Assembly (NCBI GenBank): GCA_903824855.1
Contig: CAIJYI010000041.1
Location: forward strand, 27,159 to 91,158
Source of the DNA: an uncultured bacterium
GTDB taxonomy: Bacteria > Patescibacteriota > Minisyncoccia > Phycocordibacterales > CAIJYI01
DNA length: 64,000 bases
Direction of reading: 5' to 3'
Positions 19,387 to 28,637 of this stretch are shown here, piece by piece (position 1 is the stretch's first letter; the number at the start of each line of letters is the position of its first letter). The position numbers and the translations under genes are program-made. Under the pieces are notes generated by a model. The model saw only the letters and a list, made by a program, of their open reading frames with translations. It was not told the DNA's origin and ran no database searches.

Positions 19387-21171
19387 ATGCAATCAAATGA
19401 AATAAGGGCGAGATTTTTAACTTTTTTTGAGAAACGCGGGCATGCAATTATCCCGAGCGCTTCACTCATTCCTGAAAATGACCCTTCAGTGCTTTTCAAC
19501 ACGGCCGGAATGCAACCATTAGTGCCGTATCTTCTTGGAGAGTCACATCCGAGTGGTGCGACACGTCTCGCGAATTCACAGAAATGCGTCAGAACGGTTG
19601 ATATCGATGAGATAGGTGATAATACCCATGCGACATTTTTTGAAATGCTCGGCAACTGGTCGCTCGGAGATTATTTTAAGGAAGAGGCCATCGAATGGAG
19701 TTTTAAATTACTTACCGACAAAGAAGAAGGATTTGGACTCGATCCGAAACGACTGTATGTAACAGTTTTTGAAGGTGATGAAAATGCTCCTCGTGATGAC
19801 GAGGCTTTTGAAATCTGGAAAAAATATATTCCCGAACATCGCATTTATTTTATGGGTGCGAAGAATAACTGGTGGAGCCCCGGAGATAATGGTCCGTGCG
19901 GTCCCGATTCGGAAATGTTTTACGATGTGACGGTTGAAGGACTCGGTGACATGACGAAGGAAGAATACTTGAAAGCTGATGATGAACAAAAAATTGTTGA
20001 AATCTGGAACGATGTTTTCATGGAATATGAAAAGAAAGATGGAAAAGTAATAGGGAAGTTGTCAAAGAAAAACGTTGATACCGGATCAGGGCTAGAGCGC
20101 GTGACGATGGTCGTTCAAGGAAAAAATAATATTTATGATACCGATTTACTGCAACCGATAGTTCATCAAGTTCATAAAGTTTCTCAAGTTCGTCAAGTTA
20201 CGGACGGAAATGAACGTGTCGAGCGAATTATCGCCGACCACTTGCGCACTTCGATTTTTATGATTGCGGATGGCGTTGTTCCGTCCAATACCGATAGAGG
20301 TTACATCTTGCGACGTCTTTTACGTCGTGCGGTAAGACTTTCACATACCTTGGAACTCAGTTGCGGGCTGGAAGAACTTGTCGGTTCTGTTATTCATATT
20401 TATACTGATTCCTATCCGAATTTAGTAAAAGATGCCGTCAGAATTCAGAATGAAATAAAGAAAGAAGAAGAAAAATTCCGTCTCACACTCGTCCACGGAA
20501 TGAAAGAATTCGAAAGAATTTCAGAAGGGAAGAGTGAATTATCCGGAGCGGAAACCTTCAGTCTTTTTTCCTCGTATGGTTTTCCGATTGAGATAACAAA
20601 AGAACTTGCTTCTGAAAGAGGAATCGTCGTCGATGAAAAAGGCTTTGAAGAAGAATTCAAAAAACATAAAGAAATTTCTGCCGTCGGTTCCGAACAAAAA
20701 TTTAAAGGCGGACTGGCTGATACTTCGGAAATTTCGACGCGTTATCATACCGCCACACATCTTCTCCAAAAAGCTCTCCGTACGGTTTTAGGCGAACACG
20801 TTTTTCAGAAGGGAAGTAATATTACTGCCGAGAGAATGCGTTTTGACTTCTCTCATGGAGAAAAAATGACCGATGAACAGAAGAAAATGACGGAAGATTT
20901 GGTGAATGAAAAAATTAAGGAAGCCTTGCCGGTAATGTACGAGGATCTTCCGATTGATGAAGCCAGAAAACGCAATCCTATCGGCCTATTTGGCGATAAA
21001 TATGGCGATGTCGTTCGTGTTTATACAATAGGCGAAGGCGATAAAAAATGGAGCATTGAGCTTTGTGGAGGCCCACACGTGAAGAATACGAGTGAACTCG
21101 GTCATTTCAAAATCCTTAAAGAAGAAGCCGTGTCAGCAGGAGTCCGAAGAATAAAAGCTGTGCTTGAATAA
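19387..21171 (+). CDS. alaS: Alanine--tRNA ligase (short form lacking C-Ala)
   Basis: LFNTAGMQP, FFEMLGNWS, GPCGP, DTGSGLER, HTATHL, ELCGGPHV, GVRRIKA. Confidence 0.97.
   Translation: MQSNEIRARFLTFFEKRGHAIIPSASLIPENDPSVLFNTAGMQPLVPYLLGESHPSGATRLANSQKCVRTVDIDEIGDNTHATFFEMLGNWSLGDYFKEEAIEWSFKLLTDKEEGFGLDPKRLYVTVFEGDENAPRDDEAFEIWKKYIPEHRIYFMGAKNNWWSPGDNGPCGPDSEMFYDVTVEGLGDMTKEEYLKADDEQKIVEIWNDVFMEYEKKDGKVIGKLSKKNVDTGSGLERVTMVVQGKNNIYDTDLLQPIVHQVHKVSQVRQVTDGNERVERIIADHLRTSIFMIADGVVPSNTDRGYILRRLLRRAVRLSHTLELSCGLEELVGSVIHIYTDSYPNLVKDAVRIQNEIKKEEEKFRLTLVHGMKEFERISEGKSELSGAETFSLFSSYGFPIEITKELASERGIVVDEKGFEEEFKKHKEISAVGSEQKFKGGLADTSEISTRYHTATHLLQKALRTVLGEHVFQKGSNITAERMRFDFSHGEKMTDEQKKMTEDLVNEKIKEALPVMYEDLPIDEARKRNPIGLFGDKYGDVVRVYTIGEGDKKWSIELCGGPHVKNTSELGHFKILKEEAVSAGVRRIKAVLE
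20162..20197 (+). repeat. Four-unit TTCATCAAG-family array in frame inside alaS
   Basis: ttcatcaag ttcataaag tttctcaag ttcgtcaag, encoding VHQVHKVSQVRQV. Confidence 0.85.
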
Positions 21172-21184
21172 TTTTTAAAAAAAT

Positions 21185-21214
21185 AAACCGCTTCGAATAT
21201 TTTCGAAGCGGTTT
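21185..21214 (+). terminator. Intrinsic terminator after alaS
   Basis: aaaccgcttcgaa-tatt-ttcgaagcggttt. Confidence 0.75.
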
Positions 21215-21278
21215 TGGTTTATTATTGAGAGTAAAGGAAACATTCTTTTTTTATGATTGCCGAACCTGTTTTTGAACG

Positions 21279-21287
21279 TTATGCACA
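21279..21287 (+). promoter_or_regulatory. DnaA box
   Basis: TTATGCACA, intergenic, upstream of extended -10 TGTTATAAT at 21307-21315. Confidence 0.45.
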
Positions 21288-21329
21288 CCCGTTTTTTTCC
21301 ATCTTATGTTATAATATAGGCAATGGGGA

Positions 21330-22514
21330 GTGTTCAAACTTCCTTTTGAAATGGGAATATTTTCTTCAAACAAACCACACATCGCGACAATAATTGATAT
21401 CGGAAGTTCGAGTATCGGGGCTTCGGCTGTTTTACTGTATCCGGATAAAAAACCCTCCGTTCTTTATACTATTCGAAAGGATATGGCGTTTCAGGAAAAG
21501 TTTAATTTTGATCGATTCGTTCTTTCAATGTTAGAAACGCTTGAGAATGTTGTTCAAGAATTATCATCATTTCCGCTTCCTTCACATTCAGATCAAACGA
21601 CGCTCTGTGTGTTTTCTTCTCCATGGTATGCTTCTCAAACACGTTCTGTTAAAAAAACTTTTGAAACAACGACAAAAATAACGGAAAAAATTCTGGAAGA
21701 AATACAGAATACTGAAGTTGAAGCATTTAAACAATCTGAACTTAAAAGTATGGGTGAAGATGCTGTTATTCTTGAAGCTGAAACTATTCAGACAAAAATA
21801 AACGGCTATGAGACCGCTCATCCATTTGGAAAACAGGCGAATGATATGCAGACGGTTATGTATATCAGTATTTCTCCCAAATCTATTATAAAACCGGTCA
21901 CAGATAAGTTACGAAAACACATTCACGGTAATAATCTGCATTTTTCATCATTTTCTTTTTGTTCGTTCGTCGCGGTGCGAGATATATTTCACGGAAAGAA
22001 TTTCATGCTCATCGATATTTCAGGTGAGGTGAGTGATATTTCTATTGTTAAAGACCATGTGTTGCAGGAGACGTTTTCATTTCCTTTCGGCAAGAATTTC
22101 CTTTTACGAAAAATTGCTTCAGAAACCGGTCATACCTTTCAGGAAGCGATTTCACAATTCAGAATGGTCAGTAATTTAGAATCAAATGAAAATAATTCAA
22201 AGAAAATTTTGATTGCGATGGAAAAAGCAGGCAAGGATTGGCTTCTTGAATGCAAAAATGCACTCACGCCGATTCTTGAAAACCAAGAAGTTCTCCCCCA
22301 TGATGTTTTTATTACAGCCGACGAAGATGTTTCAATGTGGTTTATTTCTAATGTTCAAGAATTCGAAAATTCATCTTTTACTTTTACCGATAAACAATTT
22401 TCCATCAAGCATTTGAATCCTACATTCCTATCTTCGTTTTGCGAATCAGAAACCGGAGTTGAGAGAGACCCTTTTATTATGATTGAGAGTCTTTTTGTAA
22501 AACGTTTTATTTAA
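21330..22514 (+). CDS. FtsA/PilM-like actin-fold protein
   Basis: IDIGSSSI and LIDISGEVSDISIV phosphate-loop motifs; FPFGKN. Confidence 0.65.
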   Translation: MFKLPFEMGIFSSNKPHIATIIDIGSSSIGASAVLLYPDKKPSVLYTIRKDMAFQEKFNFDRFVLSMLETLENVVQELSSFPLPSHSDQTTLCVFSSPWYASQTRSVKKTFETTTKITEKILEEIQNTEVEAFKQSELKSMGEDAVILEAETIQTKINGYETAHPFGKQANDMQTVMYISISPKSIIKPVTDKLRKHIHGNNLHFSSFSFCSFVAVRDIFHGKNFMLIDISGEVSDISIVKDHVLQETFSFPFGKNFLLRKIASETGHTFQEAISQFRMVSNLESNENNSKKILIAMEKAGKDWLLECKNALTPILENQEVLPHDVFITADEDVSMWFISNVQEFENSSFTFTDKQFSIKHLNPTFLSSFCESETGVERDPFIMIESLFVKRFI

Positions 22515-22576
22515 TATTTCTTTTATCAAATATCGCGAGTCAAATTTATTAACCCCTTTTTATAAAAAACAAACAT

Positions 22577-24031
22577 ATGGTAAAAAAGATAATGCAGGAT
22601 GTCGTTTCGATAAAAAAGGAACCCCATGGTAATTCTCGAACGGTCAATAGCGGGGAAAAAATAACGAAACACTCAGTCTCCCCTGTGGAATCATTTCCTG
22701 AAAAAAAGGAATTCCGAAAAGCAACGAAACAAGTTGAAGAAATTCTTCCCGAAATGGAAAGAGATGAACAAAAAATTAAGGATGAAGTACTCGAAAGTTC
22801 CCCTATTTTTGCTAAACTCAAACAGCGACATGATGAAAGGGAGAGTTTTTCAGAGGAGTATGCCGCGGGTCACAATAAGCTCTGGAAAACATATTTTGTT
22901 AAGGGTATTTTTGCGGCAGTGATTCTCATAGTTTTCGGCATTGTCGTTTGGAGTACCGCATTTTATTCCGCATTTATTTCAATACATCTTAAACACTCTA
23001 AGGTAGCTTTGAATAATCAAGAATTCCATTCTGCTGCTGATACACCGGATCTCGTTCCTTATCAAATAATGTCATTATCTGAACAAGCCAGTGTAAAAAT
23101 TACCCCAACCGGTGAAAAAAGAGTAACACAAAAAGCTTCCGGCCCGATCGTTGTTTACAATAATTTCAAGACTCAGCCTCAAATATTAGTAAAGAATACC
23201 CGATTTGAGAGCGCTGACGGCAAAATTTATCGAATCGATCGCCAGATTGTTATTCCGGGAATTAAAAAAGTATCAGGCAAAGATGTCCCCGGTTCCGTTG
23301 AGGTTACGGTGTATGCTGATGAAGCAGGATCAGATTATAATATAGGGCTCACTGATTTTACCATTCCAGGCTTTAAGGGTTCGCCACAATATCAAAAGTT
23401 TTACGGACGTTCAAAGGCGGCGATGAAAGGTGGAGCTTCCGGAATGATTAAAACAATTTCCGATGCCGACAGAGAAGCGGCAAAGACCAGTTTAACGAAA
23501 TCTCTGACCGATAAACTCACAGCGAAGGCAAAGACTCAAAAACCAAAAGGAACTGTACTTTATCCAAAAGCGATGTTCTTCACCTTTATTGATTCAGTTG
23601 ATGATAACGCCGCATCAACAGAAAAGGACGTTTCCTTCACCTTGAAGGGGGAATTAGGAGTAATCTTATTTAATGAAGACGAACTGAGTCGAAGTATCGT
23701 AAAAACGAACGGGGAAGTGACTGCAGATGAAAAAATAGCTATTGATAAAATAGAGAGTCTTGATTTTGAATGGAAGATTCCAATGAGCAGTGTTCCTGAC
23801 AAAACCGCTACCTTGGACTTTACGCTTTCCGGTCCAGCCAACGCTGTCTGGGTGGTTGATATAAATTCCTTTAAGAATAAACTTGCAGGAACGAGCAATT
23901 CAGGGTATCCTAAAATAGTCTCAGAATTCCCCGGAATTGAGAAAGTTACGAAGAATTCTATCAGTCCATTCTGGATGAATACATACCCGAAGGACACAAC
24001 CAAGATATATATAGAGACCATTATTGATTAA
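22577..24031 (+). CDS. Membrane-anchored baseplate J/gp47-like domain protein
   Basis: Single TM, then ASG.I.VYN, TRF....G..Y, V.VYA...G..YNI, GG motifs. Confidence 0.6.
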   Translation: MVKKIMQDVVSIKKEPHGNSRTVNSGEKITKHSVSPVESFPEKKEFRKATKQVEEILPEMERDEQKIKDEVLESSPIFAKLKQRHDERESFSEEYAAGHNKLWKTYFVKGIFAAVILIVFGIVVWSTAFYSAFISIHLKHSKVALNNQEFHSAADTPDLVPYQIMSLSEQASVKITPTGEKRVTQKASGPIVVYNNFKTQPQILVKNTRFESADGKIYRIDRQIVIPGIKKVSGKDVPGSVEVTVYADEAGSDYNIGLTDFTIPGFKGSPQYQKFYGRSKAAMKGGASGMIKTISDADREAAKTSLTKSLTDKLTAKAKTQKPKGTVLYPKAMFFTFIDSVDDNAASTEKDVSFTLKGELGVILFNEDELSRSIVKTNGEVTADEKIAIDKIESLDFEWKIPMSSVPDKTATLDFTLSGPANAVWVVDINSFKNKLAGTSNSGYPKIVSEFPGIEKVTKNSISPFWMNTYPKDTTKIYIETIID

Positions 24032-24045
24032 TCACATATTAGTGC

Positions 24046-24075
24046 TTGACTATTTTAGCTAAAATATGCTAGCAT
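24046..24075 (+). promoter_or_regulatory. Promoter of the infA-alpha operon with a palindromic spacer
   Basis: TTGACT-N18-TAGCAT with extended TG; perfect palindrome tattttagctaaaata at 24051-24066. Confidence 0.5.
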
Positions 24076-24091
24076 AGTGAAACTTACGCAA

Positions 24092-24310
24092 ATGAATTTA
24101 AAAGAGAAAGAAGAGGGCGTATATGGTACCATCACAGAGGCTTTGCCGAATACCTTGTTCCGTGTGTTATTAGACGGAGTTAAGGAAGAAAAGTTGGCCT
24201 ATTTGTCGGGTAAAATGCGAATTCACAGAATTAAAGTTCTGGTCGGAGATCGTGTTTTTGTCACTCTCGATCCTTATGGAGGAAAGGGGCGTATTACAAA
24301 ACGGTTATAG
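24092..24310 (+). CDS. infA: Translation initiation factor IF-1
   Basis: [32 protein letters not shown]. Confidence 0.95.
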   Translation: MNLKEKEEGVYGTITEALPNTLFRVLLDGVKEEKLAYLSGKMRIHRIKVLVGDRVFVTLDPYGGKGRITKRL

Positions 24311-24442
24311 TTTCGTTATTTCTTTGGAAAAGGAGTTGTTTTCCGAAGTTCACGTTTAACTCATCATCCGTCATAAAAGCGGAGGAAGAAGGGAAAGACG
24401 TACCGAGTTACTTTTATAGTTTAAAATTTATCATAAAATATT

Positions 24443-24556
24443 ATGCGAGTAAGAGCTGCAGTTAAAAAGATTTGTCCGAAATGCAAGACTGTTAGACGAA
24501 CAGGTCGTGTGTTTGTAATTTGCGATAATGCTCGTCATAAACAGCGACAAGGCTAA
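24443..24556 (+). CDS. rpmJ: 50S ribosomal protein L36 (not in the ORF track)
   Basis: Translated by hand: [37 protein letters not shown]. Confidence 0.97.
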   Translation: MRVRAAVKKICPKCKTVRRTGRVFVICDNARHKQRQG

Positions 24557-24574
24557 TTAAATTTATATAATATT

Positions 24575-24955
24575 ATGCGTATCCTTGGAATCACCATACC
24601 TGATAATAAACGTCTTGAGATAGGATTAACATCTATCTACGGAATCGGCAGAACAACTGCTAAAAAGATACTAACAGAAGCTAGTGTCGATTTTGGTTTG
24701 CGACCAAATGCTTTAACTCCTGACCAGGAGGCTTTTATAAGAAAGGAAATCGAAGGAAGAAAGGTTGAAGGAGATTTGAAACGTCTCGTTGCCGGAAATG
24801 TAAAGCGTTTGAAAGATATTAAAAGTTACAGAGGAACCAGACACGCGAGAAGACTTCCGTCACGCGGACAAAGAACTAAAACCAACTCCCGCACCGTTAG
24901 AGGCAATGTCCGTAAGACTATGGGATCGGGACGCAGAAAAGTTGAAAAGACATAA
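24575..24955 (+). CDS. rpsM: 30S ribosomal protein S13
   Basis: IYGIGR, EGDL, YRGTRH..LP.RGQRTKTNSRT. Confidence 0.97.
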   Translation: MRILGITIPDNKRLEIGLTSIYGIGRTTAKKILTEASVDFGLRPNALTPDQEAFIRKEIEGRKVEGDLKRLVAGNVKRLKDIKSYRGTRHARRLPSRGQRTKTNSRTVRGNVRKTMGSGRRKVEKT

Positions 24956-24994
24956 AAATTGTTAAAATCTAGAAATCAATAAAAACCTAAAAAA

Positions 24995-25423
24995 ATGGGA
25001 AAGAAACGAATAGTTAAAAAAGGAGGTGAAGGAGCATCGGGAAAACCGAGATCTTTGAGCCGCGTACCGAAGAAGAAAGTTTCTTCAGGTCGCTTGTATG
25101 TTGAATCAACCTACAACAATACTAAAGTTGTCCTTACAGACTCTTTAGGAAATGCTCTTGTCTGGTCTTCATCCGGAACACTGGGATTCAGAGGTGCAAA
25201 GAAAGGTACCCCGTTCGCAGCAGCTAAAGTTGGTGAATTGGTTGGAGAAAAAGCTCAGACCATGGGAATGAAAGAAGCCGCAGTGATTATCAAGGGAGTT
25301 GGCGCAGGCCGTGAGGCTACTGTCCGAGGATTCGTTTCAAAAGGAATCGATATCACTTCCATCAAAGATACCACCCCGGTTCCACATAATGGCCCGAAGC
25401 CAAAGAAACCAAGAAGAGTTTAG
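24995..25423 (+). CDS. rpsK: 30S ribosomal protein S11
   Basis: YNNT, WSSSG..GF.G.KK.TPFAA, DTTPVPHNG. Confidence 0.97.
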   Translation: MGKKRIVKKGGEGASGKPRSLSRVPKKKVSSGRLYVESTYNNTKVVLTDSLGNALVWSSSGTLGFRGAKKGTPFAAAKVGELVGEKAQTMGMKEAAVIIKGVGAGREATVRGFVSKGIDITSIKDTTPVPHNGPKPKKPRRV

Positions 25424-25537
25424 TTAATTAAATTATGCTTCCACGGTACTGGAAAGGAAAGTATGAAAACATAGGTTTTCATCCCTCGGCCCACAGCCGA
25501 GCCTACGCCTAAGCGGGCCGCGCGAGCGATCAATCAA

Positions 25538-26161
25538 ATGGACAAAAAATGTAAAATTTGTAGACGCGCAGGAGAAAAGCTTTTCTTAAAAGGAGAAAGG
25601 TGTTTTTCGCCGAAGTGCGGAATTATGCGCAAGGCATACCCACCGGGTAAGCGTGACTCTGAAAGGAAACACCGCAGCACCGTCACTGAGTATGGCACAC
25701 AGTTGCGCGAAAAACAGAAAGTTCGCAACACCTATGGACTCTCAGAAAAACAGTTTTCAAACTACGTAAAGGAAGTCACGAGTTCAAAAGGAGACCCTTC
25801 AACTCTTTTATACGAAACGATGGAAATGAGATTAGATAACACCATCTACCGCCTCGGACTTGCAAAATCACGTTCAGAAGGAAGACAAATGGTATCGCAC
25901 GGACATTTCTTGGTTAACGGAAAAAGACTCACCATCCCTTCACATCATGTTAAAATCGGCGACGTAATCAAGATTCGTCCCGGAAGTATGACAAACATCC
26001 CATTCATGGGAATTACTGAAAAAACAGGGAGAGGCCCTATCCCTGCGTGGCTTTCATTCGATCAGAAGAAAGCCGAAGCCGTTGTTCTCGGAAAACCAAT
26101 TCTGGACAAAGGAGCTTCTGAATTCAAACTCACCTCCGTCATCGAGTATTACAGCAGATAG
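25538..26161 (+). CDS. rpsD: 30S ribosomal protein S4
   Basis: CKICRR..KLFLKG.RC, YG.QLREKQK, RLDN, RQMVSHGH, IEYYSR. Confidence 0.97.
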   Translation: MDKKCKICRRAGEKLFLKGERCFSPKCGIMRKAYPPGKRDSERKHRSTVTEYGTQLREKQKVRNTYGLSEKQFSNYVKEVTSSKGDPSTLLYETMEMRLDNTIYRLGLAKSRSEGRQMVSHGHFLVNGKRLTIPSHHVKIGDVIKIRPGSMTNIPFMGITEKTGRGPIPAWLSFDQKKAEAVVLGKPILDKGASEFKLTSVIEYYSR

Positions 26162-26216
26162 TAACTCTTTACAAATCTGTGTTAATAATGTATATTGTTT
26201 AATAACATAAAAAAAC

Positions 26217-27197
26217 ATGCTCGAAACAGACATTTTATTGCCATCGAAACCAAGAGTAATTGAGGAAAGTGAATTTTCCGGCGTCTTTGAGATAGACGGA
26301 TTATATCCTGGTTATGGACACACGCTCGGTAATTCGCTTAGGCGAATTATATTGTCATCCCTTCCGGGAGCGGCAATTACCTCCGTAAAAATAGACGGAG
26401 TTAGTCACGAGTTCAGCACGCTTGAAGGCGTCAAACAGGACGTCATAATGATCCTTATTAACCTTAAAAAGGTTCGTTTGAAAGTTACCGGAGATGAACC
26501 GCAGGAGATTACTTTGTCCGCAAAGGGGCCAAAGACACTCACTGCTAAAGACATCAAAACGCCGGGACAAGTAGAAATTTTAAACGGAGATCAGGAGATA
26601 GTTGAGATTACCGGTCACAATACCGCTCTCAACATTAGCATGACCGTTCAAAAAGGGCTCGGATATGCTACCCGCGAAGAATTACAAAAAGACAAAGTCG
26701 AAGTCGGCGCAATTTTACTCGATTCAATTTTCACACCGGTTCGCCGCGTGAATTACGAAGTCGAAGATATGCGCGTTGGAGATAAGACCGACCACAACAG
26801 ACTCCGTATTATGATTGAGACCGACGGTTCCATTACATCAAGAGAAGCTCTTGAAATGGCTATCGAGATCATGATTAAACAATTACAATCAATCGTAGGC
26901 TTTAAAGAAAAATCAGAACAGATTGAAGAGAAAGAAATGGCTGAAGAGGCACAGAACAGAGAAAAAGCCCGAAGAGAAAAAGATGATACCGACCCTGAAC
27001 TCTTAAAGACACGCATCGAGACTATGAATATGACCACGAGAACGCAAAACGCTCTCTCTGCGGCCAACATCAGAACCCTCGGCGGATTAGTCAGAAAGAA
27101 AGAGGAAGATTTACTTGATATCGACGGACTTGGAGAAAAAGGAATTCAAGAAATCAAGAAAGTATTGTTCGATTTAGGATTAACATTAAGACAGTAA
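26217..27197 (+). CDS. rpoA: RNA polymerase alpha subunit
   Basis: GYGHTLGNSLRRIILSS, HEFST, D.IFTPV, alpha-CTD. Confidence 0.97.
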   Translation: MLETDILLPSKPRVIEESEFSGVFEIDGLYPGYGHTLGNSLRRIILSSLPGAAITSVKIDGVSHEFSTLEGVKQDVIMILINLKKVRLKVTGDEPQEITLSAKGPKTLTAKDIKTPGQVEILNGDQEIVEITGHNTALNISMTVQKGLGYATREELQKDKVEVGAILLDSIFTPVRRVNYEVEDMRVGDKTDHNRLRIMIETDGSITSREALEMAIEIMIKQLQSIVGFKEKSEQIEEKEMAEEAQNREKARREKDDTDPELLKTRIETMNMTTRTQNALSAANIRTLGGLVRKKEEDLLDIDGLGEKGIQEIKKVLFDLGLTLRQ

Positions 27198-27238
27198 AAT
27201 AACAGCTAACCAAGCGCTCTAAACGGGCGAGAACCAAC

Positions 27239-27589
27239 ATGAGACATCACGACGCAAACAGAAAATTCGGAAGAGAGAAGAAGGTGCGAGTCGCACTCCT
27301 TCGCTCTTTGGCGGTTTCGCTCGTCCGTTACGAGAAGATTAAAACCACCGAAGCAAAAGCAAAAGAACTTCGCCCTCTCATTGAGAAAGCGATTACCAAA
27401 GGCCGAAATGGAGACCTTGCCGCTCGCCGCGTGCTCTTAGAGCAAATCGGAGGTGTTGCAACCGTCAAAAAATTGGTTGAAGAAATTGCTCCTCGTTACA
27501 TGAAGAGAACCGGAGGTTATACCAGAATCACAAAGATTGCTCCAAGAAAGGGCGACGCGAGCAAGATGGCTATTATTGAATTTGTATAA
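27239..27589 (+). CDS. rplQ: 50S ribosomal protein L17
   Basis: MRH, IKTTEAKAKELR, GGYTRI, R.GD. Confidence 0.97.
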   Translation: MRHHDANRKFGREKKVRVALLRSLAVSLVRYEKIKTTEAKAKELRPLIEKAITKGRNGDLAARRVLLEQIGGVATVKKLVEEIAPRYMKRTGGYTRITKIAPRKGDASKMAIIEFV

Positions 27590-27593
27590 AAAC

Positions 27594-27950
27594 ATGACGA
27601 ATACCACAATCTACACTATTGACGCGGAAGGAAAAAAACTCGGAAGAGTAGCCTCTGTCGCCGCTGCGCACCTTACCGGGAAAACAAGCCCGACCTTTGT
27701 TCGCAATGCGATCATGGGAGAAAAAGTACGCATCATTAATGCTTCAAAAGTTTCAATCGACCCAAAGAAGCTCGTTCAGAAAACTTACGGCCGATATTCC
27801 GGATACCCGGGAGGTTTGAAAATCCGCCGAATGGAAGAAGTTATCGCCAAGAAAGGTCACAAAGAAATCTTTGTGAAAGCTATCTTCGGAATGGTCCCTT
27901 CAAATCGTTTACGAGCCAAGATCATGAAGAATCTTGAAGTTGTCGACTAA
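27594..27950 (+). CDS. rplM: 50S ribosomal protein L13 (short form)
   Basis: [26 protein letters not shown]; ATG at 27594. Confidence 0.95.
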   Translation: MTNTTIYTIDAEGKKLGRVASVAAAHLTGKTSPTFVRNAIMGEKVRIINASKVSIDPKKLVQKTYGRYSGYPGGLKIRRMEEVIAKKGHKEIFVKAIFGMVPSNRLRAKIMKNLEVVD

Positions 27951-27960
27951 ATTTAAATAT

Positions 27961-28377
27961 ATGGTAACAAAGACAGACACCAAAACTGAAAAATTTTCAC
28001 AAGGAGTTGGCAGAAGAAAAACTTCCACCGCTTCCGTACGTCTCACACTCGCAGACGAAACATCAGTAGTCATCAACGGAAAAGATGCTAATGTATATTT
28101 CCCAACTGAAGAAATGAGAGCAATCGTTTTTGAAGCATTTGCTATTGCTAAGCTTCCGGTAAAATTCGCCGTTTCCGTTAAAGTAAGCGGAGGGGGAATT
28201 CACTCACAAGCTGAAGCCGTACGCCACGGAATTTCCAGAGCTCTTCTCGTCTACGATATAGAGACTCGCAAAAAACTCAAAAAAGAAGGATTTCTTAAGA
28301 GAGACCCAAGAGCCAAAGAAAGAAGAAAATTTGGTCTCAAGAAAGCCCGCAAAGCAGCTCAATGGAGCAAACGCTAA
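27961..28377 (+). CDS. rpsI: 30S ribosomal protein S9
   Basis: [40 protein letters not shown]. Confidence 0.97.
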   Translation: MVTKTDTKTEKFSQGVGRRKTSTASVRLTLADETSVVINGKDANVYFPTEEMRAIVFEAFAIAKLPVKFAVSVKVSGGGIHSQAEAVRHGISRALLVYDIETRKKLKKEGFLKRDPRAKERRKFGLKKARKAAQWSKR

Positions 28378-28390
28378 ACAAAATTTTACA

Positions 28391-28426
28391 AAAAAACGTT
28401 CCCGCATTCCTGCGGGAACGTTTTTT
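28391..28426 (+). terminator. Intrinsic terminator after rpsI
   Basis: aaaaaacgttcccgca-ttcc-tgcgggaacgtttttt. Confidence 0.85.
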
Positions 28427-28604
28427 ATCCGAGTTCTTTTATTACAGATAAGTTATCATTAAGCCGAAAGTTTTGCGTGACCGTAATGTCAAAGTTTTGC
28501 TTCGTCGGTACTTTCGCAAGTCTGGCGAGACCGTGGTATAATGAAAAATATATCAAAATTGGTATATTAAGTTGTAAAAAAAGTTAATATTCGTCTTCGT
28601 TCGT

Positions 28605-28634
28605 CTATAAGCTAAAAGCTATAATCTAAAACCT
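28605..28634 (+). repeat. Four imperfect 7-mer tandem repeats just before the dnaG start
   Basis: ctataag ctaaaag ctataat ctaaaac. Confidence 0.7.
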
Positions 28635-28637
28635 CGT

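Noticed and set aside
19387-21171. alaS as a truncated pseudogene
   Set aside because: Aminoacylation and editing motifs are intact and a terminator follows. The short form without C-Ala is usual in CPR.
22577-24031. Prophage suggested by the baseplate-J-like gene
   Set aside because: No capsid, terminase, tail or integrase genes, and the protein has a TM anchor.
24311-24442. Possible structured RNA between infA and rpmJ
   Set aside because: Only short imperfect stems; cannot be supported without comparative data.
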